64,000 bases of DNA, taken from positions 32,001 to 96,000 of the IMG/VR virus record IMGVR_UViG_3300020576_005257. The stretch is one strand, 5' to 3'. This document shows, piece by piece, positions 35,770 to 45,888 of this stretch. Numbering within the stretch: the stretch's first letter is position 1; the number at the start of each line of letters is the position of its first letter. The notes under the pieces were generated by a model that did no database searches, was not told the origin of the DNA, and was given only the letters and a program-made list of their open reading frames with translations. The DNA is from a virus. Taxonomy: Duplodnaviria; Caudoviricetes. A program made the translations under genes and the position numbers.

Positions 35770-36888
35770 ATGAATGAATATTTAACATTTGATGACGTTT
35801 TGATGCGTCCTAATTATTGTGGTTTTGAATCTAGGAAGGATGTTTCTACTAAGACTGTTTTAGTACCTGGAAGATTGGAACTTGAAATTCCTATACTTAG
35901 TTCACCTATGGATACTATTACAGGTCCAGAGATGTGTGTTAAGATGAATGAGCTGGGTGGAATGGGAATTCTTCACCGATTCTGTTCTATTGAAGAGAAT
36001 GTTAAAATGTTTAATAGAGCACATGAGATACAATTTCAATTAAATGCCAATCATGGTGTTTTAAATATAGGTGTTTCAGTAGGTGTTAATGAGGGGCTTG
36101 ATAGAGCTACTGCTCTTTGGAAAGCTGGAGCACGAATTTTCTGTGTAGATACTGCTCATGCACATTCTAAACTTGCAGGAAGGATGGTGCATTCTTTAAG
36201 GACCGAATTTGGTGACGAGATCATTATTATAGGTGGTTCGGTTTGTACCTATGCTGGTAGTGATTATTTAGTTAGCAAGGGTGCTGATATTATCAGAGTT
36301 GGTATTGGGCCAGGTGGTTTTTGTTTAACAAGAACCCAAACAGGATTTGGTTTACCACAGTTTTCTACCTTGCAAGAATGTGCTAAGTGTTCTAAGCCTA
36401 TAATTGCAGATGGAGGCATTAAACAGCCTGGTGATGTAGTTAAGGCTCTTGGTATTGGAAGTGCCTGTGTGATGCTAGGAAGTATGCTAGCGGGCACATT
36501 AGAAACACCAGGCGAAGTTATCTATGAAAATAGAAATGGTACAAGGCTTCCAGAAGAGATTAAACAAAGGCCTATGCCACCATTACCTATTGAAACTAAT
36601 GTAGCTACTTACTATCCCTTTAAAGCTGCCAGGGGAATGGCAAGTCGCAGTGTTGTTGAAGAGATGTATGGTGAAATGCCTGATTGGAAGACTTATGAAG
36701 GAATATCAACTATGGTTCCAGCTAAAGGATCAGCTAGTGAAGTAATTCAAAACATCATTGGTGGTTTAAGATCAGGCTTAACTTATGCAGGTGCTAAGGA
36801 TCTTGAAGAACTTAGAAGAAGAGTTGACTTTGTTAAAATTACCCCAGCAGGTAGAATTGAAAGTGGAGCACATATTTTAGGAAAATAA
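35770..36888 (+). CDS. IMP dehydrogenase / GMP reductase family enzyme lacking CBS domains
   Basis: LTFDDVL, SSPMDTIT, GMGILHR, DTAHAHS, VGIGPGGFCLTR, IIADGGI, MLGSMLAG, GMAS, GGLRSGLTY. Confidence 0.93.
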   Translation: MNEYLTFDDVLMRPNYCGFESRKDVSTKTVLVPGRLELEIPILSSPMDTITGPEMCVKMNELGGMGILHRFCSIEENVKMFNRAHEIQFQLNANHGVLNIGVSVGVNEGLDRATALWKAGARIFCVDTAHAHSKLAGRMVHSLRTEFGDEIIIIGGSVCTYAGSDYLVSKGADIIRVGIGPGGFCLTRTQTGFGLPQFSTLQECAKCSKPIIADGGIKQPGDVVKALGIGSACVMLGSMLAGTLETPGEVIYENRNGTRLPEEIKQRPMPPLPIETNVATYYPFKAARGMASRSVVEEMYGEMPDWKTYEGISTMVPAKGSASEVIQNIIGGLRSGLTYAGAKDLEELRRRVDFVKITPAGRIESGAHILGK

Positions 36889-36889
36889 T

Positions 36890-37594
36890 ATGGATTATAG
36901 GAATCAATTATATAGCGTACAAAAAGTATCAGATACTCTGGTGTTAGCAACACAAAAAGATGAAAACATTGAAGAGCTAAGATCTCATTTTAAGAAATTA
37001 GGTTATGAGAGAATTAGATGTTATAAAGGATTTGGTACTTTAGCAGGATCCAATTATGAGAACCAACGTAAAATTAGAATAATTCCTCCTGTTCTTGGTT
37101 ATCCAAAACCAAATGAAGACAACTGTCTTTTAGAAAACTATGTTATTCAATCTAGAGATTATGGTCATTGTCATCTTTATATTGGTCCAATTTATAGTGT
37201 AAGATTACCTTATTCTGGTGGTTCTAGAGCTACATATATGCCTTTTGGCTTTATTCTCAGAGATGATTACTTAGCTTTTCTTAAAGCAATTAATACACCA
37301 AAAAAAGATTATCAAGAAATTTTAACTATAATTCCTGACACTAAATTTATTTACTTGTGTTCTCAAATGTGTGAACAATTTGACCGTAACCATATGGGAA
37401 CTATATGCCCAGTTTCAAAACCGCGATCATTAGAGAATTTCCTTTATACAGTTCTTCTTCAAAGAATGGTTGATCATAATTACAAAATGCTCCCTAAAGG
37501 TATAACTGTAGTTAATAAAGGTGGATCCAATCTTAGAAAGGCTTTTTCTGATCCAGGAAAACAAATTGTGTCTGCAAGACAAATAAAACGATGA
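36890..37594 (+). CDS. conserved-Cys paralog family member 8 (dispersed copy)
   Basis: YIGPIYSVRL...LRDDYLAFL...FIYLCSQMCE...CPVSKPRSLENFLYTVLL. Confidence 0.45.
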   Translation: MDYRNQLYSVQKVSDTLVLATQKDENIEELRSHFKKLGYERIRCYKGFGTLAGSNYENQRKIRIIPPVLGYPKPNEDNCLLENYVIQSRDYGHCHLYIGPIYSVRLPYSGGSRATYMPFGFILRDDYLAFLKAINTPKKDYQEILTIIPDTKFIYLCSQMCEQFDRNHMGTICPVSKPRSLENFLYTVLLQRMVDHNYKMLPKGITVVNKGGSNLRKAFSDPGKQIVSARQIKR

Positions 37595-38238
37595 GAATTG
37601 TTAGCATCTCTGATCTGCATGGTAATTTAATAAACATTCCTAAATGTGATTGTTTATTAATATCTGGTGATCTTGTTCCTACAAATTGTATTAATGGTAG
37701 AGATGCTGACAGGTGGCTTAATTCTAAATTCTATGATTGGTTATCCTATATAAAAGAAGATGGAATAGATATATTTGGTGTAGCTGGGAATCATGACTTT
37801 ACATTTCAAGATCGTCCTGAAATGATTCGTCCTGACATGCCTTGGACTTATTTGGAAGATAGTGGAGTTGTTTATAAGGGGTATAATATATGGGGTACCC
37901 CATGGCAACCAACTTTTGGTGGTTGGGCATTTAATCTTGATGAATGGCAGCTAGCTGAGAAATGGAAACTAATACCAGAAGATACTCATATCTTATTGTC
38001 TCATGGTCCACCTTGGGGCATAGCTGATAGGTGTGGCAATAAACATGTTGGTAGTAATTCACTAAGGCAAACTGTAGAAGCTTTAACTAAGTTAAGAGTT
38101 ATGAGTTGTGGTCATATTCATCATGAAAGAGGAGTTTACAAACTAAATAATGGTTCTAGTGTGTTAAGTAGTTCACTAGTTAATGGTCAATACATCTTAA
38201 CTAATAAGCCTTTAGTCATAGATATTCAGGAGAAATAA
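37591..38238 (+). CDS. metallophosphoesterase
   Basis: SDLHG, SGD, AGNHD, SHGPP and CGHIH motifs. Confidence 0.92.
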   Translation: MRIVSISDLHGNLINIPKCDCLLISGDLVPTNCINGRDADRWLNSKFYDWLSYIKEDGIDIFGVAGNHDFTFQDRPEMIRPDMPWTYLEDSGVVYKGYNIWGTPWQPTFGGWAFNLDEWQLAEKWKLIPEDTHILLSHGPPWGIADRCGNKHVGSNSLRQTVEALTKLRVMSCGHIHHERGVYKLNNGSSVLSSSLVNGQYILTNKPLVIDIQEK

Positions 38239-38418
38239 ATGTTTGAAATAAGTGTAGATCAAAATAATAGGAGATTCAAGAATAAAGATAAGATTATTCT
38301 TCCAGAAGTAGAAGGTGAAGTAGTAGCATATCGAGATCCCAATACAGTAGTAATACAGACTACTGATGGATACAGATTAGAAGTTCCAGAAGATCTTTTA
38401 GAACCAGCTGATGATTAA
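38239..38418 (+). CDS. small SH3-like hypothetical protein (59 aa)
   Basis: Own translation MFEISVDQNNRRFKNKDKII...EGEVV...VVIQTTDGYRLEVPEDLLEPADD*; AGGAG RBS; fills the gap in the ORF track. Confidence 0.6.
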   Translation: MFEISVDQNNRRFKNKDKIILPEVEGEVVAYRDPNTVVIQTTDGYRLEVPEDLLEPADD

Positions 38419-38650
38419 GTTTTTATTTGCATCTTCTACTTTTTTTGGGGGTTACCTTGTTTTTTTTAATAAGTTATTTCTAGGATTTGCTATAGCTAAA
38501 GACTTTAAATGGGTTATAACAGGACCTAAAGCAATTGTTACTTCATTGATTGGTTTTCATATAACTAAACAAGTTGAAAATGATATAGATGCTGTTTCCT
38601 TAGATTTTGTTTTATTCCCGATTAGGATAAATATAGGATGGTTAAAATGA
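38411..38650 (+). CDS. hypothetical protein
   Basis: 79-aa hydrophobic ORF. Confidence 0.5.
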   Translation: MIKFLFASSTFFGGYLVFFNKLFLGFAIAKDFKWVITGPKAIVTSLIGFHITKQVENDIDAVSLDFVLFPIRINIGWLK

Positions 38651-39132
38651 AAGAAATGATTCTAGTTTTAAATTGGGATTATGAGCCTATTTGTGTAACA
38701 ACAGAAGACTCTGAGTTTTACAAAGAATGCCTTCTTGCTAATGAAACACAGAAACAAGAAACTCTTACATTATGGAAACAACCATTAGATGAGTATTCTT
38801 TATTCTTGTATAATTATTCTATGGAAACGGTACATATATATAATCAACTTAAATACTATATATTAGAAGCATTAGATAAAAGAGATCCTATTAGAATAGC
38901 ATGGGAATCAGGTGGTATTGATGCTGTTAGACCACTTTTAGGATTTAAAACTCGCTATGACAAATATTTTGATGATACAGTTTACCGTATGTACCATGAG
39001 AAAAATAGGAATCCAAGATCTAGAGAAGACTATGTAAGATTTAGTAAATCTGTAACAGAAGATATGTTTTATAAAAATTGCTTTGGTACTCCTAGAAGCA
39101 CATATCACTTTGTTGATCTTCCTGTAAAATAA
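38638..39132 (+). CDS. hypothetical protein
   Basis: 164-aa ORF. Confidence 0.6.
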   Translation: MVKMKEMILVLNWDYEPICVTTEDSEFYKECLLANETQKQETLTLWKQPLDEYSLFLYNYSMETVHIYNQLKYYILEALDKRDPIRIAWESGGIDAVRPLLGFKTRYDKYFDDTVYRMYHEKNRNPRSREDYVRFSKSVTEDMFYKNCFGTPRSTYHFVDLPVK

Positions 39133-39135
39133 CAT

Positions 39136-39348
39136 ATGGATATCTTAGCTTTTGTTTTAACTATCCTTGGTCTTTTTCTAGCTGGAAGGAAGAGTATGTA
39201 TTGTTGGCCTGTTTGGATAGGAAGTAACATTATATGGATTGCTTATTTTATTCCTAAGAGTGAGTGGGCAGCTATAACAACTAATGCTTGTTTATTTTGT
39301 ATGAATGTCTACGGATGGTATAATTGGAAAAAAGATTTAACTAAATGA
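39136..39348 (+). CDS. half-size PnuC-like membrane protein (3 TM)
   Basis: LAGRKSMYCWPVWIGSNIIW...MNVYGWYNWKK. Confidence 0.75.
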   Translation: MDILAFVLTILGLFLAGRKSMYCWPVWIGSNIIWIAYFIPKSEWAAITTNACLFCMNVYGWYNWKKDLTK

Positions 39349-39641
39349 AAAATTATTTTATTAAAATATTGGATAGGATAGTAAATCCTGCTCCCACCTT
39401 CCCTGCTCCTAAAAGATTTCCTGCTGTCTCGTTTACAGTCAGAGTAGGAGATCTTGTTGAAGAGGAAGTAAATTACGAAGAAGCTTTGTTAAAAGGAGCT
39501 ACTTACATAGTTGATACTCTTAGAGCTTTGGGTACAAAACAAAAACAATTGAAATGGTTAATGGGTGTTCACCCAGAAGTTTCTTATGTTAGAGAGGACT
39601 TGAAGTGTAACTACCCTTCAATTAAGATGGAAAATGAGTAA
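39345..39641 (+). CDS. hypothetical protein
   Basis: 98-aa ORF. Confidence 0.55.
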   Translation: MKNYFIKILDRIVNPAPTFPAPKRFPAVSFTVRVGDLVEEEVNYEEALLKGATYIVDTLRALGTKQKQLKWLMGVHPEVSYVREDLKCNYPSIKMENE

Positions 39642-40497
39642 AGAACCTTTAAAGAAAACAAAAGTATTAGATCTAGGTTATGTTGAGCTATGGTCAGTTA
39701 TGGGTGATGATAGTACTGTAGCTGATGCTGCAAGAACTAGCTACAGCAGTGCTCAGAAAAGAACTAATGATAGAAATCTTTTAAGATATATGTGGGCCAA
39801 TGGCCATTCATCACCCTTTGAACAAGTCATCTTTCAGTTTAAATGGAAGCTTCCTATTTTTATTGCTCGACAAGTAGTAAGACATCGTACTGCTAGACTT
39901 AATGAAATGTCTGGGAGATACTCCGAGCTACCTGAAGAGTATTATATGTACTCTGAACAAGGTTTAGCTTTACAGTCTACTACTAATAAGCAAGGGTCTG
40001 AAGATATGGGTCTTGAAGATGAGCAAGAATTCCTAGATATATTAGAAGAGCATAACAAGGCTGGATTCTCTATTTACAAAAAGCTTGTAGAAGCCGGATG
40101 CTCACTTGAACTTGCTAGATGCCATCTTCCACTTTCTACTTATACAGAGTGGGTATGGCAAATGGATCTTCATAACTTACTACACTTCTTAAATCTTAGA
40201 ATGGATTCTCATGCTCAAGCTGAAGTAAGAGCATATGCTCAAGCTATTTATGAGATGATCAAGGAGTATGTTCCTATTACTTGTGAGGCATTTGAAGATT
40301 ATAATCTTCATGCTATGAAGTTAAGTAGAATGGAAATTGATGCTCTTGTTGCGATTATTAACAACAGAGAAAATCAAGAAATCCCATTAGCTGATTATGG
40401 TCTTAGTAAAAGAGAGCAAGTAGCATTTGTTGAAAAGTTGAAGAGACTCAACTACGACTTAATTTATCCGGTACATAAACATGAAGAACAAGGATAA
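39634..40497 (+). CDS. thyX: FAD-dependent thymidylate synthase
   Basis: AARTSY, HSSPFE, RQVVRHRTARLNEMSGRY, ELARCHLP, LRMDSHAQAEVR. Confidence 0.97.
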   Translation: MSKEPLKKTKVLDLGYVELWSVMGDDSTVADAARTSYSSAQKRTNDRNLLRYMWANGHSSPFEQVIFQFKWKLPIFIARQVVRHRTARLNEMSGRYSELPEEYYMYSEQGLALQSTTNKQGSEDMGLEDEQEFLDILEEHNKAGFSIYKKLVEAGCSLELARCHLPLSTYTEWVWQMDLHNLLHFLNLRMDSHAQAEVRAYAQAIYEMIKEYVPITCEAFEDYNLHAMKLSRMEIDALVAIINNRENQEIPLADYGLSKREQVAFVEKLKRLNYDLIYPVHKHEEQG

Positions 40498-40852
40498 AAT
40501 CTATATTGCCCAGAATCCTGATGGTAGGATAGCTTTATTTGCTCATCCAAATGGATGCATGTATATTTGGGTATCTAAAAGTTTAAAGAGGATCCAAAGT
40601 ATATGTAATGCTTATAAACTTATGAATGATCACGAAAAGGAGTATAATCCTACTTTAATCTATAAACATACTCTTATTGAGTATATAGAAAAAATGCATG
40701 ATGTTAGATTATCTACTGGAACTATTCCTGGAAAATGTGTTGGTTATGTACATCTAAGAAGACTAGAAGCTATTGTTCTTGGCCCAAGCATAAAATCTAC
40801 TCCTTTAATAGGAACTAGATCTACACCTATTACTTTACTTGATATAAATTAA
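40481..40852 (+). CDS. hypothetical protein
   Basis: 123-aa ORF. Confidence 0.55.
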   Translation: MKNKDKIYIAQNPDGRIALFAHPNGCMYIWVSKSLKRIQSICNAYKLMNDHEKEYNPTLIYKHTLIEYIEKMHDVRLSTGTIPGKCVGYVHLRRLEAIVLGPSIKSTPLIGTRSTPITLLDIN

Positions 40853-40853
40853 A

Positions 40854-41456
40854 ATGAATAAATTACTTATTGGAGTTGGCGGTTATAAGAGGCATGGTAA
40901 GAATCTTGTAGCTATGGGCCTGGAGAATGTCTTACCTAATACTAAAATCTTGGCTTTCGCTGATCCTCTTAAAATGGAAGTAGCTCAACAACTTGCTACT
41001 ATAGATGTTAATGAAGACAGAGCACCAGATTGGGCTAGCAGAGTAAAGTTTTATTTTGCTGAAATGAACTCAGAGGAAATTGATCCTAATACTGGTCGGG
41101 CTATTAAAGAGAATTATCGTTTAATTACCCAGTGGTGGGGAACAGAGTGGAGAAGGAAACAAGATGAAAATTATTGGATTAATAAATATCAGGAAGAATT
41201 TCTCAAAGATGATCAACATCAATTCTTTATTGCTCCAGACTGTAGGTTTCCTAATGAAGATGAATTTATTCACAAAATGGGTGGTATTCTTTTAAAGGTA
41301 GAAAGACCTATACTTGGTAAACCTAATGATATGCATGAATCAGAAGCATATGTAGATTCATTGAACTATGATTGGATTTTTGAAAATACTTCTAGTATTG
41401 AAGAATTACTTCTTCAAGTTGGAGACTATGCCACAAGGAACTTAATTAATGTTTAA
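40854..41456 (+). CDS. deoxynucleoside monophosphate kinase
   Basis: GYKRHGKN, FADPLK, QWWGTEWRR, DCRFPNE, HESE. Confidence 0.9.
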   Translation: MNKLLIGVGGYKRHGKNLVAMGLENVLPNTKILAFADPLKMEVAQQLATIDVNEDRAPDWASRVKFYFAEMNSEEIDPNTGRAIKENYRLITQWWGTEWRRKQDENYWINKYQEEFLKDDQHQFFIAPDCRFPNEDEFIHKMGGILLKVERPILGKPNDMHESEAYVDSLNYDWIFENTSSIEELLLQVGDYATRNLINV

Positions 41457-41991
41457 CCAAAACGAAGATCACATCATTGATTTAACTGTTAATCCAATTT
41501 TTACAGGACAAGCTCCTCCTTCTTATAAAGATACTAAACAATTTAAAGAGAATCAGTTTCATCTAAAGTTAGCTTTTTTAAATGCTACTAGAAGCAAAGA
41601 TCCTGCTACCAAAGTTGGATCAGTTATAGTTTCTAGCTGTGGTAGAATGATTAGCACTGGTTATAACGGGTTTCCAAAAGGAGTACAAGAATCAGTTGAC
41701 CTTTGGGAGAAACCAGAAAAGTATCGTAGAGTAATACATGCAGAAGTAAATGCTATCCTTAATTGTCCATTTGAAGTAAGAGGATCTGTACTTTACACTA
41801 CACTTTTCCCATGTTCTCAGTGTTTGGGTTTTATTATCCAATCAGGGATACAAACTATTGTTTTTTATGGTAAACTGTGGGAGAAAGAACCTAATAAGGA
41901 TTTAAGAGAGGAGTGGTCGCAATATCTTCATATTGTTACTCATCCTGATAACGAAGAAATGAATAAATATATTGAGGCTATAAATGTATAA
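41449..41991 (+). CDS. dCMP deaminase
   Basis: SKDPATKVG, TGYNGFP, HAEVNAI, PCSQC. Confidence 0.93.
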   Translation: MFNQNEDHIIDLTVNPIFTGQAPPSYKDTKQFKENQFHLKLAFLNATRSKDPATKVGSVIVSSCGRMISTGYNGFPKGVQESVDLWEKPEKYRRVIHAEVNAILNCPFEVRGSVLYTTLFPCSQCLGFIIQSGIQTIVFYGKLWEKEPNKDLREEWSQYLHIVTHPDNEEMNKYIEAINV

Positions 41992-42670
41992 GACACCACC
42001 TATTAATTATCTTCTTGGTGGCAAACGCGGTGCTACCCCAGTAACTAAAAATAGTTTTCCTAAAGAATCACATACTTTCCTTACTGAGAGAGGATTATCA
42101 TTAGATCCTCTTAAACTAAAGGAATCTGATGTTGATATTTATGATATTGCTAGAGCCTTATCTCATCAATGCAGATTTGGTGGTAGGGTTAGACAAACTT
42201 ACACAGTAGCTACTCATTCATTGAATATGGTGAATTGGACTGATGATCCTAAAATTCAAATGCTAGCATTATTACATGATGCTACTGAGGCTTACATTAC
42301 TGATATTCCTAAGCCATATAAACACGCTCTTTATTTAAAGATTGATGACAAGTTACTTTCTTTTGAAGAGTATGAAGAACATTTACTCCAAACAATTTTG
42401 GCTGGTTTAGAATGTTCTCATATTTATACAGATTCTAACTGGAAAAAGGTTAGAGAGCTTGATCTTAGAGCACTAGAAATTGAATTTGAATTAGTAGCTG
42501 GTTTGTGGACTACTATTTCAAGCGAAAACGATGAGGAACCTCCAACTCCAATTAAATATGTTCATAGTCATCATGTAAGTGATTTTGTTTTTGTAACTGA
42601 TTCTCCTATAAATACAGCTAAACAGTTTGTTAGTACCTTTTTCAGCTTACACTCTTTAATAAATGAGTAA
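41984..42670 (+). CDS. HD-domain 5'-deoxynucleotidase (YfbR/YfdR-like)
   Basis: DIARALSHQCRFGG, YTVATHS, ALLHDATEAYITDIPKPYK. Confidence 0.88.
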   Translation: MYKTPPINYLLGGKRGATPVTKNSFPKESHTFLTERGLSLDPLKLKESDVDIYDIARALSHQCRFGGRVRQTYTVATHSLNMVNWTDDPKIQMLALLHDATEAYITDIPKPYKHALYLKIDDKLLSFEEYEEHLLQTILAGLECSHIYTDSNWKKVRELDLRALEIEFELVAGLWTTISSENDEEPPTPIKYVHSHHVSDFVFVTDSPINTAKQFVSTFFSLHSLINE

Positions 42671-43646
42671 TGATCCAACAATCATAAAGTCGTTAACACT
42701 TCACAATTTTAGAAGTCATACTACTACACATGTAGATTTTGGTCAAATTACTGAGATCGTTCCTAAAAAGGGTGCTCCTCCTAATAATATTGGTAAAACA
42801 AATATTCTTAGAGCATTAAGAATTCTTATTCATCATGCTGAATTCCCACAGAAAGCTATTACTAGAGGTTGTGCTAACTCTATAATTACTCTAGAATTAG
42901 TTGATGGTCATGTTATTAGTAGGAACTTACAAAAGAGTAAACAGACTGTAAGTATTGTTTACCCTGATGGTAGTAAAAAAGAATTCTATGGTGTAAATGA
43001 TTCTAAACCATATGTCTTGGCAGCTATTGGTATTGAGAAAGTCTCTCTAGACCCTAGTAGTGGTCTAGAAGACTTTAACTATATACAAGCAGGTAGTCCT
43101 ACTTTCTTACTGGAAGATAGGGCTGATATGCTTCTTCGTAAAATGTCTACCTTGATTGGGTCTTCCCAAATTGAGGATATTAGTATTGAGCTATCTAAAG
43201 AGATTAAATCTTTAGAACATAGGAAGAGACTCAAAGAAAAAGACATTTCTTATTATACTAATATTTCTGTTACTGCTAGAACTACTGCTAGTAAAGTAGA
43301 ACAAACTCTGTATGCAATAAATAAAGTTGAAGAAGCTATAAAAGAAAATACCAAGTTATTAGAAAAAGCTAAACAATTACAATTAAGCTGTGGTAGTAAA
43401 GATACTAAAAAGTTAGCTGAATTAGTTGAAGATGTTAAGCCTTTAGCTAAAAGTGTTATACAACATATTAAACTACTAGATATTTTAGTTCCTTTTCAAG
43501 ATGAATTGACATCTATTAATTCTATTTTAGAAGAGCAGAATAATATTAAATCTAAATATAGTGCTGAATTACTTGCTTTACAAGCAGAAATATCAACTTT
43601 GAATTCTACTAGTGAGGTTTGTCCTACTTGCCAGAGGCCTTTATGA
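42663..43646 (+). CDS. SbcC/Rad50 N-terminal half (Walker A, coiled coil, Zn hook)
   Basis: IKSLTLHNFRSH, NNIGKTNILRAL, coiled coil, terminal CPTCQRPL hook. Confidence 0.85.
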   Translation: MSNDPTIIKSLTLHNFRSHTTTHVDFGQITEIVPKKGAPPNNIGKTNILRALRILIHHAEFPQKAITRGCANSIITLELVDGHVISRNLQKSKQTVSIVYPDGSKKEFYGVNDSKPYVLAAIGIEKVSLDPSSGLEDFNYIQAGSPTFLLEDRADMLLRKMSTLIGSSQIEDISIELSKEIKSLEHRKRLKEKDISYYTNISVTARTTASKVEQTLYAINKVEEAIKENTKLLEKAKQLQLSCGSKDTKKLAELVEDVKPLAKSVIQHIKLLDILVPFQDELTSINSILEEQNNIKSKYSAELLALQAEISTLNSTSEVCPTCQRPL

Positions 43647-44632
43647 GACCAGCTATTTTTTTTACTGATGTCCATATTAGTAAGCTAACGCCTAAATCTG
43701 CAAGAGAGTCTTGTTGGCAAACAGTATCTACAGCTTTGAGTTGGGTTGCTGATTTAGCAGTAGAACTTAACGCAGAAGTTATTTTGTGTGGTGGAGATAT
43801 AACCGATAAATATAACTGGCCATCATTTGATAGTTATCAGTTATGGAGATTGTTTAATAAATTCCCTTCTCCAGTTTATACGGTAGTAGGTAATCATGAC
43901 ATTCCTGGTGCCAACTTATCTCTTCTTTCTTTTAGTGGTTTAGGCCAAATCATCAATCCTAATTTTGATATGTGGGGAGCTAGTTTAAATATAGGTCCTG
44001 GCGGAGTTAAAATTATTGATACAGTCCAACAGTTTGGACCTTTTAGAGTTGTAGGTTATCAATGGAATGATCCTCTTCTTGAAGAGGTCCCCTTAAATTA
44101 TACTAGAATTGAAGAAAAATTTAATAAAATTCCTTTAGAGAAAGGAGAGCATGTAAACATTTTAGTTTCCCATGCTACTGTTGGCCCAAACAAAACAGAC
44201 TATTGCCCAGATTACACTCAGTTAGAAATAGATTCTAGAATTGATTTTGCTTTATTTGGAGACATACATACTGGCTTCGGCCCAGTAAAATTAAAGAATG
44301 GGGTTACAGCTGGAAATCCAGGGGCACTTTATCGTAGAAGTTTTGCTGAAAAAGATAACATTCCTGGAGTATTTATTATTTGGCCAGACAAGAAGATAGA
44401 GTGGCGTGAGATTCCTCATGTTAAGCCCGAAGAGGCATTTTATGTTAAGAGCCATGAGAGAAGAGCTAATTTAAGAGACATGGATTTTAAGGCTGCTATT
44501 GCTGCTTCTAGAGCAGCCAAAAATATGAATCCTATTGACTTTGTTAGACAAGTAGGACAAGAAGCTGGTTTTAGAGAAGAACCAATTGAACAAGTAATAA
44601 AAAGGATTCAGAAAAATGAAAGAAAAGATTGA
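43619..44632 (+). CDS. SbcD/Mre11-like nuclease
   Basis: TDVH, GGD, VGNHD, SH, FGDIH, NPGALYR. Confidence 0.9.
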   Translation: MSYLPEAFMRPAIFFTDVHISKLTPKSARESCWQTVSTALSWVADLAVELNAEVILCGGDITDKYNWPSFDSYQLWRLFNKFPSPVYTVVGNHDIPGANLSLLSFSGLGQIINPNFDMWGASLNIGPGGVKIIDTVQQFGPFRVVGYQWNDPLLEEVPLNYTRIEEKFNKIPLEKGEHVNILVSHATVGPNKTDYCPDYTQLEIDSRIDFALFGDIHTGFGPVKLKNGVTAGNPGALYRRSFAEKDNIPGVFIIWPDKKIEWREIPHVKPEEAFYVKSHERRANLRDMDFKAAIAASRAAKNMNPIDFVRQVGQEAGFREEPIEQVIKRIQKNERKD

Positions 44633-44870
44633 TGAATGTAAAGAGAAATTAGACAGGGCTAAGCAAGCTGTTCTAAAAGCTGAACTAATTTTAGAAACAG
44701 CTAATTCAGATAAAAAATCTATCCTTTCCGAATTAGCCAATTTAGGTTGGACTGAGAAAGATCTTCCAAATAAAATTGAAGAGATTAGTACTAAGCTAGA
44801 GAAAGATTCTCAAAGGCTTAGTGAACTAGTAGAAGAGTTGGAGGAAATTGTTGACAAAAACTCTAACTAA
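44616..44870 (+). CDS. short coiled-coil protein (possible detached SbcC coil segment)
   Basis: 84-aa heptad-rich helix between SbcD and the SbcC C-terminal half. Confidence 0.55.
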   Translation: MKEKIDECKEKLDRAKQAVLKAELILETANSDKKSILSELANLGWTEKDLPNKIEEISTKLEKDSQRLSELVEELEEIVDKNSN

Positions 44871-45465
44871 AGATTTACAATACAAGGCTATCAAATTAAT
44901 TTCTCAAGCTGATCTTTTAGAAAAACAGTTAAAGACTGAGACTGAGGAGCTAAGAGAATTTAACAAGGAAATTGCATTATATAGAGAATCTTTTTTATTA
45001 GCTAGACAATGTTCTAAGAAGTTTATTGATAGAATTAATACTATTGAAGAACTAGTTAGTGAAGGGTTAAGTATAGTCTTCGATACACCAATGAAATTCT
45101 ACTTTGAAAAAGTAGAAGATCCTGGTGGTTCATTAAAAGGTTTAAAACCAATGATCGAACAAGAAGATGGCCATACCGAAGCACCTGAATCAGGTTTTGG
45201 CTCATCGGTTGTACAGATAACTTCTACTATTTTAAGAGTTTGTGTTTTAGCAATTTTAGGAACTACAAAACCAATTTTGATTCTTGACGAGCCATTTAGT
45301 AATGTTAACATAGCTTTAAGAGAAAACCTTGAATTATTTATATCTCAAATAGCTAAAGATGCTGGTATCCAAATTATAACAGTTACTCATATGGACTCTG
45401 ATGCTCCAGTAGTATATGAAGTAGAAAAAATAGGTATAACTTCTTATGTCAAGAGAATAAAGTAA
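44848..45465 (+). CDS. SbcC/Rad50 C-terminal half (ABC signature, Walker B, H-loop)
   Basis: Coiled coil followed by GFGSS, ILILDEPFSNV and IITVTH. Confidence 0.85.
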   Translation: MLTKTLTKDLQYKAIKLISQADLLEKQLKTETEELREFNKEIALYRESFLLARQCSKKFIDRINTIEELVSEGLSIVFDTPMKFYFEKVEDPGGSLKGLKPMIEQEDGHTEAPESGFGSSVVQITSTILRVCVLAILGTTKPILILDEPFSNVNIALRENLELFISQIAKDAGIQIITVTHMDSDAPVVYEVEKIGITSYVKRIK

Positions 45466-45473
45466 TCTATAAA

Positions 45474-45490
45474 CCTCTATTTTATAGAGG
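45474..45490 (+). promoter_or_regulatory. hairpin occluding the RBS of the first tail-block gene
   Basis: CCTCTAT-TTT-ATAGAGG ends 2 nt before the ATG at 45493. Confidence 0.45.
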
Positions 45491-45492
45491 CT

Positions 45493-45888
45493 ATGTACCT
45501 AGATAACTTAACCCATATATTAGTAGTAACCACTACTATGCCGAGTGGTACCACAAATATTGGAGCCTATTATGGTTTCCTAGAAGATCTCGGAAATGGT
45601 TTACCTAAAAATAAGTTTGTTTCAATTAATATAGCTGCTTCTGGTGATGTAGGACTTGAGTCTTTTACTGCTGTTTCTACTAAAAGAACAGTAAACACTT
45701 TAAGCTTTACTAATTCTGGAAGTTATCAGGCTGGTATTGAGGTTAGCATTATGCCTCAATCTACTGGTGTTAAAATACCCATTCAAGTTTTTACACTTGA
45801 ACCAGGATATACTTTATCCTACTCTCCTTTCAGTAACTGGTCAATTTCTCCATCTTTACTTTTAGGAGTAGATGGAGGTAGCCCTTAA
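45493..45888 (+). CDS. putative virion structural protein
   Basis: Beta-rich, first gene of the tail block; ends GVDGGSP. Confidence 0.55.
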   Translation: MYLDNLTHILVVTTTMPSGTTNIGAYYGFLEDLGNGLPKNKFVSINIAASGDVGLESFTAVSTKRTVNTLSFTNSGSYQAGIEVSIMPQSTGVKIPIQVFTLEPGYTLSYSPFSNWSISPSLLLGVDGGSP

